Shown here one piece after another: positions 30,801 through 38,204 of a stretch of 64,000 nt of DNA. Source of the stretch: Candidatus Eiseniibacteriota bacterium (GTDB lineage: Bacteria; Eisenbacteria; RBG-16-71-46; JABDJR01; JAWXBZ01); NCBI GenBank assembly GCA_034440375.1, contig JAWXBZ010000105.1, positions 2,269-66,268 of the forward strand, written 5' to 3'. Position 1 is the first letter of the stretch, and every line of letters starts with the position of its first letter. Below the pieces are notes generated by a model. That model was given only the letters and a program-made list of their open reading frames with translations. It had not been told where the DNA came from and ran no database searches. Position numbers and translations under genes: made by a program.

Positions 30801-31237
30801 CACTGGACGATTTCATCGGACAGCAGATCCTGGTCCGTTTCCGGGTTCAGACAGATCCGCTGGCGGAGCTGGACGGCTGGTATCTCGACAATGTCCGGGT
30901 CAACGAGGGTGATTGCACGCTGGCCGCCGTCGGGCCGGCGGCCGGTGCCGCGGGCCTCACCGGTTTGATGGCACCGTATCCCAATCCAATGACCGGCACC
31001 GCCCGGTTCGCGTTCCAACTGGCCACACCGGTGACAAACGTCTCGATGTCGGTTTATGACATCTCGGGTCGCCTCGTCCGCCGTGAGTCACTCGGCCATC
31101 TCGATACCGGCACGCACGCCTGGCTCTGGGACGGTCGCGGCGATTCCGGAAGCGAGACAGCCAACGGTGTCTACTTTGCCCGGCTCGAAGCCGCCGGCAA
31201 ATCGTTCACGCAGAAGGTTCTTAAAGTCACGCGGTAG
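27854..31237 (+). CDS. Large secreted multidomain protein: HExxH zincin-like segment, lamin-tail domain, pre-peptidase C-terminal domain and a C-terminal T9SS type-A/FlgD-Ig-like domain
   Basis: N-terminal TM/signal anchor. VILHETGHWFDD is an HExxH motif. HLVISEIDLGAQDAVEVFNPSDAAIDMTGWQIQV is a lamin-tail domain. DADLIRFDAVAGMRYGFEV...GTYYLKVRH is a PPC-like domain. C-terminal tail VSMSVYDISGRLVRR...NGVYFARL. Confidence 0.6.
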   Translation: MRLLDRLRHGKGCPNKSFAYLIALIILITLVATLVLTSFVTSAEAAFTASGRFLYADKLWDKDGYTGQEQNLPIRHARVEIVDVPSLQVIGSGVADADGNYSITVTPLAPIVPVNVVARVLTDGRTAGYEIRIVDELTRGLGEPAVIGNIHAVLNDPVLNHNQAQPLNFGTFLLEDPDGTGVAQAFNIFDCAVDYFDWMAQPGLLNRLPNATEYVIFAWSPTSSNEGSNYSGHAILLASPGQGNDTDAWSDTVILHETGHWFDDFFSRSDNPGGPHGIGDNNANVLLAYGEGVATFHCAKVRKLRATTRLNLIAQPIDSHVSIYGDLMIPPDSMMAGGLSFSYDFETGVVFQPGLPPGGFFIGQRGSANETNVTSAQWDLVDDAGTPDETPGVDDDQVGVNDAIPFAIERIWLPGLPAGNAVTIEDYYQGWYAQNGANFMRAGVDDIFFNLSLMEFYPDSYEPDGTAAQATSIAPLAYSVTTGAHLVISEIDLGAQDAVEVFNPSDAAIDMTGWQIQVYVNGDAAPVVSRIYTFPAFTLDPGEAVALLERGDPLNNGAHHLYGGSTVPNSWNASWNYGLDGAVVLRDASSQAVDFVSWRHGNGTPNSTPVPSGTAFTGLLDSPPAASNLARDINGTDTDAAADFTPEDGTLASANGTFSRHQTLFDLGDADLIRFDAVAGMRYGFEVRAFFSASDPFVELLSPTGAILGSNDNSDPGIRDARIDLFAGTTGTYYLKVRHVGPHTDWAAYNVAAFQRPPSTTLLAPGGITATAQNVNNINDPVHLDWLNGAPYDSVRLYRNGALLQTLPGSSTSYDDLADRGVYTYEVSGVGGLSETARASTNEYAGVIGCFVSEDFEQGNANDWISPPNTWGVTALAEGGVFGYTDSPVGTSRGCAGVLESCTTSTPTVLRVPVRLPPNSHLMFDQICITEHCAPTPCDLGIVEISTDEGTSWTEIARYDQASDPAWTDNVADPTDWRPADLSLDDFIGQQILVRFRVQTDPLAELDGWYLDNVRVNEGDCTLAAVGPAAGAAGLTGLMAPYPNPMTGTARFAFQLATPVTNVSMSVYDISGRLVRRESLGHLDTGTHAWLWDGRGDSGSETANGVYFARLEAAGKSFTQKVLKVTR

Positions 31238-31288
31238 GTTTCACCTCGCGACGTCGGGGGTCTGACGGTCACGGCTCTGGCCGGCAGG

Positions 31289-31309
31289 CCCCCGGCTCGC
31301 GGGGGTTTA
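31289..31309. terminator. GC hairpin (CCCCCG-GCTCG-CGGGGG) followed by TTTA, lying between convergent genes
   Basis: Read from the sequence. The hairpin has a 6-bp stem and the T tract is weak. Confidence 0.3.
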
Positions 31310-31924
31310 TCGAGATGGCGAAACTGGGTGGAAAACAAGGATGTCGGCGGCATCCCTGAGCAGGTCAATCCGTTGGACCTCGACCCGAAGCGCCGCCATT
31401 CCCGTTTTCAAATGGATGTCGGCCAGAAGCTTTGCCTCGTTGCCCGGCTGCAGCAATTCGAGATGGTCATAGATCATCGGCGTCGACTGCAGCGAGTCCT
31501 TCCAGGGGCGCAACTCGATGGCAGCCACCATCCCGACAACGACTCCGTTAACGACGAGTATCTCCATCATGCTGACACTACCGTTGGCAACCCCGTTAAG
31601 AAGGCCGAGTCCAATGACGATGAACAGGTAGGTGAGATCTCGAATGCGGATCTGTTCCGTGCGATATCGCAGGATGCCGAACACGCCGAACAGCGCCAGC
31701 GCAAAACCGAGCTCGGTCGGCACCTTGCGTAGCAGAAGACACAGGAAGAGCGTCACCACGTTGAACAGGTAGTAGGTGAATACGTACTCACGATTTCGGT
31801 ACAGGCGGTAGTAGATCAGGCGAATCACGACGCTCGCGAACGCAAGATCAAGCACAAACCGCACCAGCAACTTGCTCATTTCGGACCAATCCGCGAAAAT
31901 ATCACCACCAGGAATCGTGTTCAT
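31307..31924 (-). CDS. DUF4956-domain membrane protein
   Basis: Multi-TM protein (YVFTYYLFNVVTLFLCLLL, LGFALALFGVFGILRYRTE) with a C-terminal soluble region. It overlaps the VTC gene stop by 4 bp. Confidence 0.55.
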   Translation of the reverse strand: MNTIPGGDIFADWSEMSKLLVRFVLDLAFASVVIRLIYYRLYRNREYVFTYYLFNVVTLFLCLLLRKVPTELGFALALFGVFGILRYRTEQIRIRDLTYLFIVIGLGLLNGVANGSVSMMEILVVNGVVVGMVAAIELRPWKDSLQSTPMIYDHLELLQPGNEAKLLADIHLKTGMAALRVEVQRIDLLRDAADILVFHPVSPSR

Positions 31925-32733
31925 TCCGCTCGTCCTTCCAGTGCCCGGAGGCCGGGCAACAATGCGTTCAGGCGCACACCGGGATGGGTCAAGGCAATCC
32001 CGGTGCAGTACTTGCTCGTCCAGCCTGGCCGGCAACCGGACTCCCTCAGCGCCGACATGACCGGGGTTCCACGTCCGTATGGCCACTGCTTCACCTCAAC
32101 GATGACGATGCCGGACAGCGATGCGTGGCGCTGCCCCATTTCCATTCGTACATCGAAATCAAGGGTCACGCGCTCGCAAGTCTCAAGGCCCAGGAGTGTC
32201 AGCCGCCGAAAGTGAGTCCAGACCTGAGGGAGAACACCCCGGTCAATCCCGGTGTGGATGGCCACGAAGTCCTGGTCATCAGCGCTCAACTCGTTGCCGC
32301 CAAACGGATGCTCGCGGGAGAGCTTGGTCGTTTTCAATTTGCTCCGCCGTGTCTTGACTTCGAGCATCGTCAGGCTGCGATCCGGGTAGTGCCGAACGCG
32401 TGCCTTGTGCCGCACCCGGCGGCCGCGCCGATGCGCGTGGAAGAAATCGAGCTCCGGGGTGTCGAAGTACAGCGTCTGGTAAGTCGCGACGAGCTCGGTA
32501 CCGGCGGTCAGCACGGCGTAATCCCCCGTGATCGCGCGGACGAGGTCGGCCGCTGACGCCGGAGACAGGACAAACTTGGTGTCCGTCCGTCGCCGCAGCT
32601 CACGCCGGGCAATGAGTTCCGGCGTCGCCACCGGAAAACAGCTGAGCAGGGCCTGCCACTCCCCGCCTGCCATCGAAGCAGCCTTAGTATCTGACCTGGG
32701 TCCAGGCATAGAACTTGTCATCCTGTCGCGCAC
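31921..32733 (-). CDS. VTC-domain (CYTH-like, polyphosphate-polymerase-type) protein
   Basis: YFDTPELDFFHAHRRGRRVRHKARVRHY...LEVKTR...VIVEVK matches the bacterial VTC/CYTH tunnel-fold domain. The start is uncertain; the ATG at 32733 or an internal start are both possible. Confidence 0.6.
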   Translation of the reverse strand: MRDRMTSSMPGPRSDTKAASMAGGEWQALLSCFPVATPELIARRELRRRTDTKFVLSPASAADLVRAITGDYAVLTAGTELVATYQTLYFDTPELDFFHAHRRGRRVRHKARVRHYPDRSLTMLEVKTRRSKLKTTKLSREHPFGGNELSADDQDFVAIHTGIDRGVLPQVWTHFRRLTLLGLETCERVTLDFDVRMEMGQRHASLSGIVIVEVKQWPYGRGTPVMSALRESGCRPGWTSKYCTGIALTHPGVRLNALLPGLRALEGRAE

Positions 32734-33820
32734 CGTCCCTCAACTCGCGAAGCTCGTAGTTCAGCATCAGGCGCCATGGTTTCTTCGGAAGCCCGTAATA
32801 GGCGCCGAGAGTCCAGCGCTTGAAGTCATCATCAAGCGTGTCGTATCGAACGATGGGGCCGACCTGGGCCTCCGTCTTGCCGACCAGGTTCACGTAGTAA
32901 CCCGACGGATCGTTCATCTCGCCGGTCTCCACGATCTCGTCCGAGCCACGCACGTATTCGGCGCTGATGAAGAATCGCGGGTGGTCGAGTTCCACGTCGA
33001 CACCAAGTCGTTTGAACTTGATCTGCATTTTCTCCTCCCCCAGCAGAAGATCGGCCGGCTCAATGAAATCACCGGAAGCCCCGGAGACTCCGAACCTTGC
33101 CGTCAGGTTTTCCGGGTCGGATTTCCATCGAAGCCCGACGCGCCCCCACAGGCTCATGCGCGCCGTATTGTCCTCCTGCACATTCAATCCGGCGCCGTTG
33201 ACGATGGTGATGGTATCCTCAAAACGGAACCCTTTCGGCCCGAGTTTGACGTTGCCCATCAGGCCGATCCCAATATCCCGCAGATTGACACCGCGCGACA
33301 GGGCGTCGGACAGCTCCGTTCGATTCACCGCGTACAGATTGGTGGATGACTCCGTGTTTTCGTATCCGAACTGCGTTTTCTGCTGGCCGACCCGAATGTC
33401 GTGTCGGGGAATCACTTTGAAATCGACGTACGCATCCCGGAGTATTCCCGTGACTTCCGGAGCTCGTGGATCGATCTCGATGTTGTAGGAGAGCCACTCG
33501 GAAATGTCGCCCTTGACGCCGATACGGACCCTTTGAACACGATAATTGTCGTTGTCGACTAAGGGGTCGTCGCCGGTCATCAATGAATACTTGTAGTGAA
33601 TCTGCATGAACCCGAAAACTTCCGGAGGCTTCAACCCCCGTCGTTTCGATGACCTGGGCTGGTCCGCCGCGCCGGAAATCTTCGGGTCGACGCGGGTGGA
33701 ATCGACTGCGCCGACGGAACTGTCCATCTGCGCATGACCGACTCCGCACCACAACACGATCACGCTGGCCGCGATGGTCGCCGTCCTTCGCATTGGATTG
33801 ATCGAACGCGTCAAGGACAT
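32684..33820 (-). CDS. Phosphate-selective porin O/P family outer-membrane protein
   Basis: Signal peptide MSLTRSINPMRRTATIAASVIVLWCGVGHAQ, a beta-barrel pattern with a C-terminal aromatic residue (...YAWTQVRY), and similarity to the OprO/OprP family. Confidence 0.6.
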   Translation of the reverse strand: MSLTRSINPMRRTATIAASVIVLWCGVGHAQMDSSVGAVDSTRVDPKISGAADQPRSSKRRGLKPPEVFGFMQIHYKYSLMTGDDPLVDNDNYRVQRVRIGVKGDISEWLSYNIEIDPRAPEVTGILRDAYVDFKVIPRHDIRVGQQKTQFGYENTESSTNLYAVNRTELSDALSRGVNLRDIGIGLMGNVKLGPKGFRFEDTITIVNGAGLNVQEDNTARMSLWGRVGLRWKSDPENLTARFGVSGASGDFIEPADLLLGEEKMQIKFKRLGVDVELDHPRFFISAEYVRGSDEIVETGEMNDPSGYYVNLVGKTEAQVGPIVRYDTLDDDFKRWTLGAYYGLPKKPWRLMLNYELRELRDGARQDDKFYAWTQVRY

Positions 33821-34034
33821 GAAGCGCACCTCCGGAAAAGGACGACTGCCAGGCCATGTGTCACCGAACGACACCCCCGGAGGCTCGCAATCAATCTGCG
33901 GCCCGGCCGAAAAATCAACGCGAGCATGTGTCAGGGGCAAGAAAGGAACACACCGCCGCCCGGTTTGTGACATGGATGATTCCGCGGGTGAACCGGGGCC
34001 CCTGGTGCCGGAAGGGTGATACATTTGCCAGTCC

Positions 34035-34622
34035 ATGGTCACACGAACCCAACGGGGCCGGGAGGCCCGAGTCGAGCCCCCCTATCTCCGGGACGCCGAG
34101 CTTTTGAAAGCCTGCCGACTGGGAGATGACGCCGCGTGGCGTGAACTGATGCGTCGCTACCGCGATCTCATCTATTCGATCCCGAGGCGGTACGGGCTCG
34201 ATGCGGACGACACGGCCGATGTCTTTCAGATTGTCATTGCCGCCCTCTGGAAGGGTCTGGCCGAGCTCCGTTCGGAGAAGGCGCTGACGCGATGGATCCA
34301 GGTGACCACCCGGCGCCAGAGTCAGCGCCAGGCGGAAAAGATTCGGCGGCATGCCTCCGTGGACGTACTGGCTCGACAGCCGGACCCGGATTTGCTCGTG
34401 TCCGAGAGGCTCCATGCGGCCGAATCGGCCCACCGCGTCCGGCGGGAGCTGGATCGGCTTGGGAGTCGTTGTCGGGAGATCCTGACCCTCCTGTACATGG
34501 AAGAGCCTCCCATGGGATATGACGAGGTTGCGCGGCGCATGGGATTGCCCCGCGGTTCGATCGGCCCAACGCGGGGCCGTTGCCTGGACAAGCTTCGGGC
34601 ACTCATGGGAAAAGACTTGTGA
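34035..34622 (+). CDS. RNA polymerase ECF-type sigma-70 factor
   Basis: Region 2 (RELMRRYRDLIYSIPRRYGLDADDTADVFQ) and region 4 (ILTLLYMEEPPMGYDEVARRMGLPRGSIGPTRGRCLDKLR). Confidence 0.8.
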   Translation: MVTRTQRGREARVEPPYLRDAELLKACRLGDDAAWRELMRRYRDLIYSIPRRYGLDADDTADVFQIVIAALWKGLAELRSEKALTRWIQVTTRRQSQRQAEKIRRHASVDVLARQPDPDLLVSERLHAAESAHRVRRELDRLGSRCREILTLLYMEEPPMGYDEVARRMGLPRGSIGPTRGRCLDKLRALMGKDL

Positions 34623-34677
34623 GGAAGTATCCGATCGGGGGCCGGCGGTACCTTCCGGCTGGTAATGGGAGGAGACC

Positions 34678-35313
34678 ATGTCCGTGAAAAGGATTGACGT
34701 CGGCGCAAAGACCGGGCACCCGGAAACGGGTGAGCTGCTGGATCAGCTTGAAGGACGGCTGGCTTTGGACCGACTCCGGGAAGTTGCGACGCACGTGCTG
34801 GCCTGCCGACGCTGCCAAAGGTCGATTGAGGAGCTGAAGCGCGTAACCAACTCGCTCGGCGCATCGACACTGGAGTCGCCCCCGGAGTGGCTGGCGAACT
34901 GGGCGGACGATCGGCCGCGGGATCAGCCGAAAAAGGTTCCGAAGGGTCTGATGCCAATCCTGAGGCTGGTCCTCGATTCATGGCGTCTCGAACCGCTGGG
35001 GGCTCGCGGGGTCGCCCCTTCCAGCCGCCGTCTCCTCTATCGGGCCGGCTCGGTCGATCTGGATATTGAACTAGACCTGGGACGCGCGGGCCGGACGGCC
35101 ACGGTTCGGGGCCAGATTCTTGATGCCACCGTGACCGGTGGGCGACAGTTCTCGGAAGGGCACGTTCGGTTACTCGCCGGCCGGCGGCTCGTGGTCAAGG
35201 TGCCGCTCGGCACCCGGGGAGACTTCCGGCTGAGCGACGTGCCCCGCCGCGTCTACCACCTGAATATCGCGGCGGCCGGATTCCGGGTTCGAGTCGATTC
35301 ATTCGAGATATGA
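34678..35313 (+). CDS. Putative zinc-binding (ZAS-type) anti-sigma factor, soluble
   Basis: H-x3-C-x2-C motif (HVLACRRCQ) near the N-terminus, immediately downstream of the ECF sigma gene. No evident TM helix. The stop overlaps the next gene's start (ATGA). Confidence 0.55.
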   Translation: MSVKRIDVGAKTGHPETGELLDQLEGRLALDRLREVATHVLACRRCQRSIEELKRVTNSLGASTLESPPEWLANWADDRPRDQPKKVPKGLMPILRLVLDSWRLEPLGARGVAPSSRRLLYRAGSVDLDIELDLGRAGRTATVRGQILDATVTGGRQFSEGHVRLLAGRRLVVKVPLGTRGDFRLSDVPRRVYHLNIAAAGFRVRVDSFEI

Positions 35314-38111
35314 CCCTGTCCGTTCGCGTCGGCGCGCTGGAGCGCGACCTCTTGAACAGCCGGGGTGATGCCATCCGACCGGCCCATTTCAAAAAATACC
35401 TGGCCTCGCTCCAGCGGACCACGCGTCGCGATCCATTGAAAGCTGAGTCCGCATCGAGCCGGGCCATGCTGGTTGCCCGGGCCGTGGGCGATGGCGTCGC
35501 GCTGGCGCATCTGCAGCGGGCACGGGCCCACGCGCGTCGCGCGAGTAACCGATGGCCGGAGGCGGCCTCGGACTATCGCGCGGCTCTCAAGCGATTTCAG
35601 GATCTGGATCGGGCGGACGAATGCGCGTTCACCCGTATCGGCCTGATTGATGCCCTCATGTACCTCGGGCGCTACGAGGATGCCCTGTTTGAGGCGCACG
35701 CGGCGCGACGAACGGTCCAAAGGCTTGGCGATCCGATTCGCGGCGCCCGCATCGAAAACAACATCGGAAACATTCACCATCGGCGCGATGACCTCGAAAC
35801 GGCCATCCAATGGTATGACCGCGCGCGGCGGACATTTCGGCGGCGGCACGACGACTCCGCGCTGGCATTGGTTGAGTTCAACCGCGGAAACGTGCTCGGG
35901 CCGATGGGGCGCACCGCCGAGGCGCGGATCGCCTACGAAACCGCCGGGGCCATTTTTTCCCGGCAGGGCTTCACGGACCGGACGGCCCAGGTGCGGTACA
36001 ACCTGGCCTACCTTCGCTTTCTCGAAAACCGGTTGCCGGAGGCTCTCGAGGAGTTGGAGCAGGTCCGCGTGACCTTTCAGGCGACGGGCGATGAACGTCA
36101 CCTCGGCCTGACGCGACTCGATGAGTCTGAGATCCTTCTCCGCCTGAATCTTTGGGATGACGCCGGAGAAGCGGCTACCGAAGCCATCCGCCGGCTGAAG
36201 GCACTCGGTCTCGACTACGAGCGGGCGAAAGCCCTCACGTTCCTGGCCCTGGCCACGGCCCGTCGAGGCGATCCGTCGGAGGCGGCGGGCCTGCTGGACT
36301 CGGCCCGCGAACTTTTCAAGACGGAAAAAAACCGCTGGTGGGTCGGTGAGACCAGCCTTCAGCTGGCCCGATTGGCTGTCGGTCGAGGTGCCTGGTCAGA
36401 GGCACGGCTGGAAGCGCAGCGGGCACGCCGGACGTTCGCCCGAAGAATATCCAACGAAGCGCTGGGGCGGGCCCTGCTGATCGAAGCGGAGGCGGCCCGC
36501 GGAGCCGGCCGCAGGGCCCAAGCCGGGCGCACGCTGGAGGCGGCGCTTCAGGCCGCCCGGCGGAGTCGCTCGCCCTGGCTCACGGCGGAAGTTCGCGAGT
36601 TGGCGGGACTCCTGGCACTTGACCGGGGCGATGCTGCGACGGCACGGCGCCACTTCAACCAGGCCATCAAGGCCATTGAACAGCTTCGTGCATTGCTCTC
36701 CGGTGACGACCTCCGGGCGGGGTTTCTGCGCGAGCGGGATCGCCCCTATCTGGAATTGGCCCGTCTCGAACTCGTGGCCGGCCGGCCGCGACAGGCGTTC
36801 GAACTATTCGAACGCGGGCGGGCGCGGGCCCTGCTCGACCTCCTGACGGACATGCCGGCGGGAAAGCGGGCACCAGGCAAGGGTCGCAGGAAATTGGAGA
36901 CACGAGCCAGGCACCTGCTGTCGGAATTGGGGCGCCGTTATCACGAAGACGACGTCGCCGAATCGTCCGGCCAACGACAGTGGACCAGCGCCGGAATATC
37001 CGAAGCGCGGGAATCGCTCGAGGCGGAAGCGGCCCGGCTTCTGCGTCGCGTGGATCAAAGCCCTGGTTCGATCGCCGGGCGGCGTCCCGGTCTCGGCGAG
37101 GTGCAACGTCTCCTTCGTCCCGGCGAAACCCTTCTTTCTTTCCACGAAATCGGCGGCCGGGTCGGGGTATTTCGGATTACCCGGACCCGCTTCGACTCGG
37201 TGCCGGACCTGGCCGGCGCGGCCGACATCGAGAGGCTGGCGGAATCGCTGCGATTTCAGTGGGGGCGGTTCCGCTTCGATGCGGAATTACTGGCACGCCA
37301 CGGCGCTCAGTTGGAAAGCATGGCCCGGAGCGATCTTCGGCGCCTTCATGAGCTCTTGATCTCACCCTTTGATTCTCCCTCGGAGAAGGGGCCGCTGATC
37401 ATCGTTCCGACGGCTGGACTTCGCTCGGTCCCTTTTTCCGCACTCGACGACGGAACGGCGTGTCTGGCCCGGAGGCGGGCCATCGTCGTGTCGCCCAGTG
37501 CGGCGGTCTGGAGCCGTTGCCGGACCCACGAGACGGGCGATGGGGGCCTTGAGAGGGCCGTGCTCATTGGTATCCCCGACAAGCGGGCTCCGCAGGTTGC
37601 CGACGAAATACGGGAGTTGGCCGGGCGGCTACCGGGTGCCCGGGTATTCCTCGGTTCGGAGGCAACGGCGCACCAATTTCTGGCATCCCTGCCGAAGGCC
37701 TCGATCTTGCATGTAGCCACGCATGGCATGTTCCGTACCGATCGCCCGAACCTGTCGGGAGTCCGACTGTCCGATCGATGGGTCTACGGCTATGAAGTTG
37801 CCCGGGGAATGATGCGGGCCCGCCTGGTCGTGCTATCGGCCTGCGTGACCGGGCTTTCCGCCGCCTGGGCCGGCGGCGATTGGATGGGCCTGGCCCGATC
37901 CTTTCTGACCGCGGGAGCCCGCCGGGTTCTGGTAGGCCTCTGGGATGTCGATGACGATGCCACCCGGCAATTGATGGGACATTTTTACCGCTTTCTGATC
38001 AACGAAGGGCATCTGCCGGCGGAAGCGCTGGCCCGGGCCCAGGCCGAAATGGCGTCCAGCGGCTGGCACCCGTACTACTGGTCCGGCTTTTCGCTCATGG
38101 GAGATCTGTGA
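35310..38111 (+). CDS. TPR-repeat CHAT-domain protein (caspase-like His/Cys peptidase)
   Basis: About 600 aa of TPR-like repeats followed by a CHAT domain (LIIVPTAGLRSVPFSAL...ASILHVATHGMFR...ARLVVLSACVTGL...WSGF) with a His/Cys dyad. Confidence 0.75.
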   Translation: MTLSVRVGALERDLLNSRGDAIRPAHFKKYLASLQRTTRRDPLKAESASSRAMLVARAVGDGVALAHLQRARAHARRASNRWPEAASDYRAALKRFQDLDRADECAFTRIGLIDALMYLGRYEDALFEAHAARRTVQRLGDPIRGARIENNIGNIHHRRDDLETAIQWYDRARRTFRRRHDDSALALVEFNRGNVLGPMGRTAEARIAYETAGAIFSRQGFTDRTAQVRYNLAYLRFLENRLPEALEELEQVRVTFQATGDERHLGLTRLDESEILLRLNLWDDAGEAATEAIRRLKALGLDYERAKALTFLALATARRGDPSEAAGLLDSARELFKTEKNRWWVGETSLQLARLAVGRGAWSEARLEAQRARRTFARRISNEALGRALLIEAEAARGAGRRAQAGRTLEAALQAARRSRSPWLTAEVRELAGLLALDRGDAATARRHFNQAIKAIEQLRALLSGDDLRAGFLRERDRPYLELARLELVAGRPRQAFELFERGRARALLDLLTDMPAGKRAPGKGRRKLETRARHLLSELGRRYHEDDVAESSGQRQWTSAGISEARESLEAEAARLLRRVDQSPGSIAGRRPGLGEVQRLLRPGETLLSFHEIGGRVGVFRITRTRFDSVPDLAGAADIERLAESLRFQWGRFRFDAELLARHGAQLESMARSDLRRLHELLISPFDSPSEKGPLIIVPTAGLRSVPFSALDDGTACLARRRAIVVSPSAAVWSRCRTHETGDGGLERAVLIGIPDKRAPQVADEIRELAGRLPGARVFLGSEATAHQFLASLPKASILHVATHGMFRTDRPNLSGVRLSDRWVYGYEVARGMMRARLVVLSACVTGLSAAWAGGDWMGLARSFLTAGARRVLVGLWDVDDDATRQLMGHFYRFLINEGHLPAEALARAQAEMASSGWHPYYWSGFSLMGDL

Positions 38112-38204
38112 TGCGCCGTGACGATTGGGCTGGCCACCGGCCGGGGGGGGCCTGTACTCTTTGATTCCCGCCAAGGACTCATGCCGCCGAAAGGGAATTC
38201 TGTC

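Noticed and set aside
33940-34034. ECF-type promoter (GGAAC/TGAACC -35 elements) upstream of the ECF sigma gene
   Set aside because: GGAAC (33945-33949) and TGAACC (33989-33994) are present, but I could not pair either with a convincing CGTC-like -10 at the right spacing, so I do not report it as a feature.
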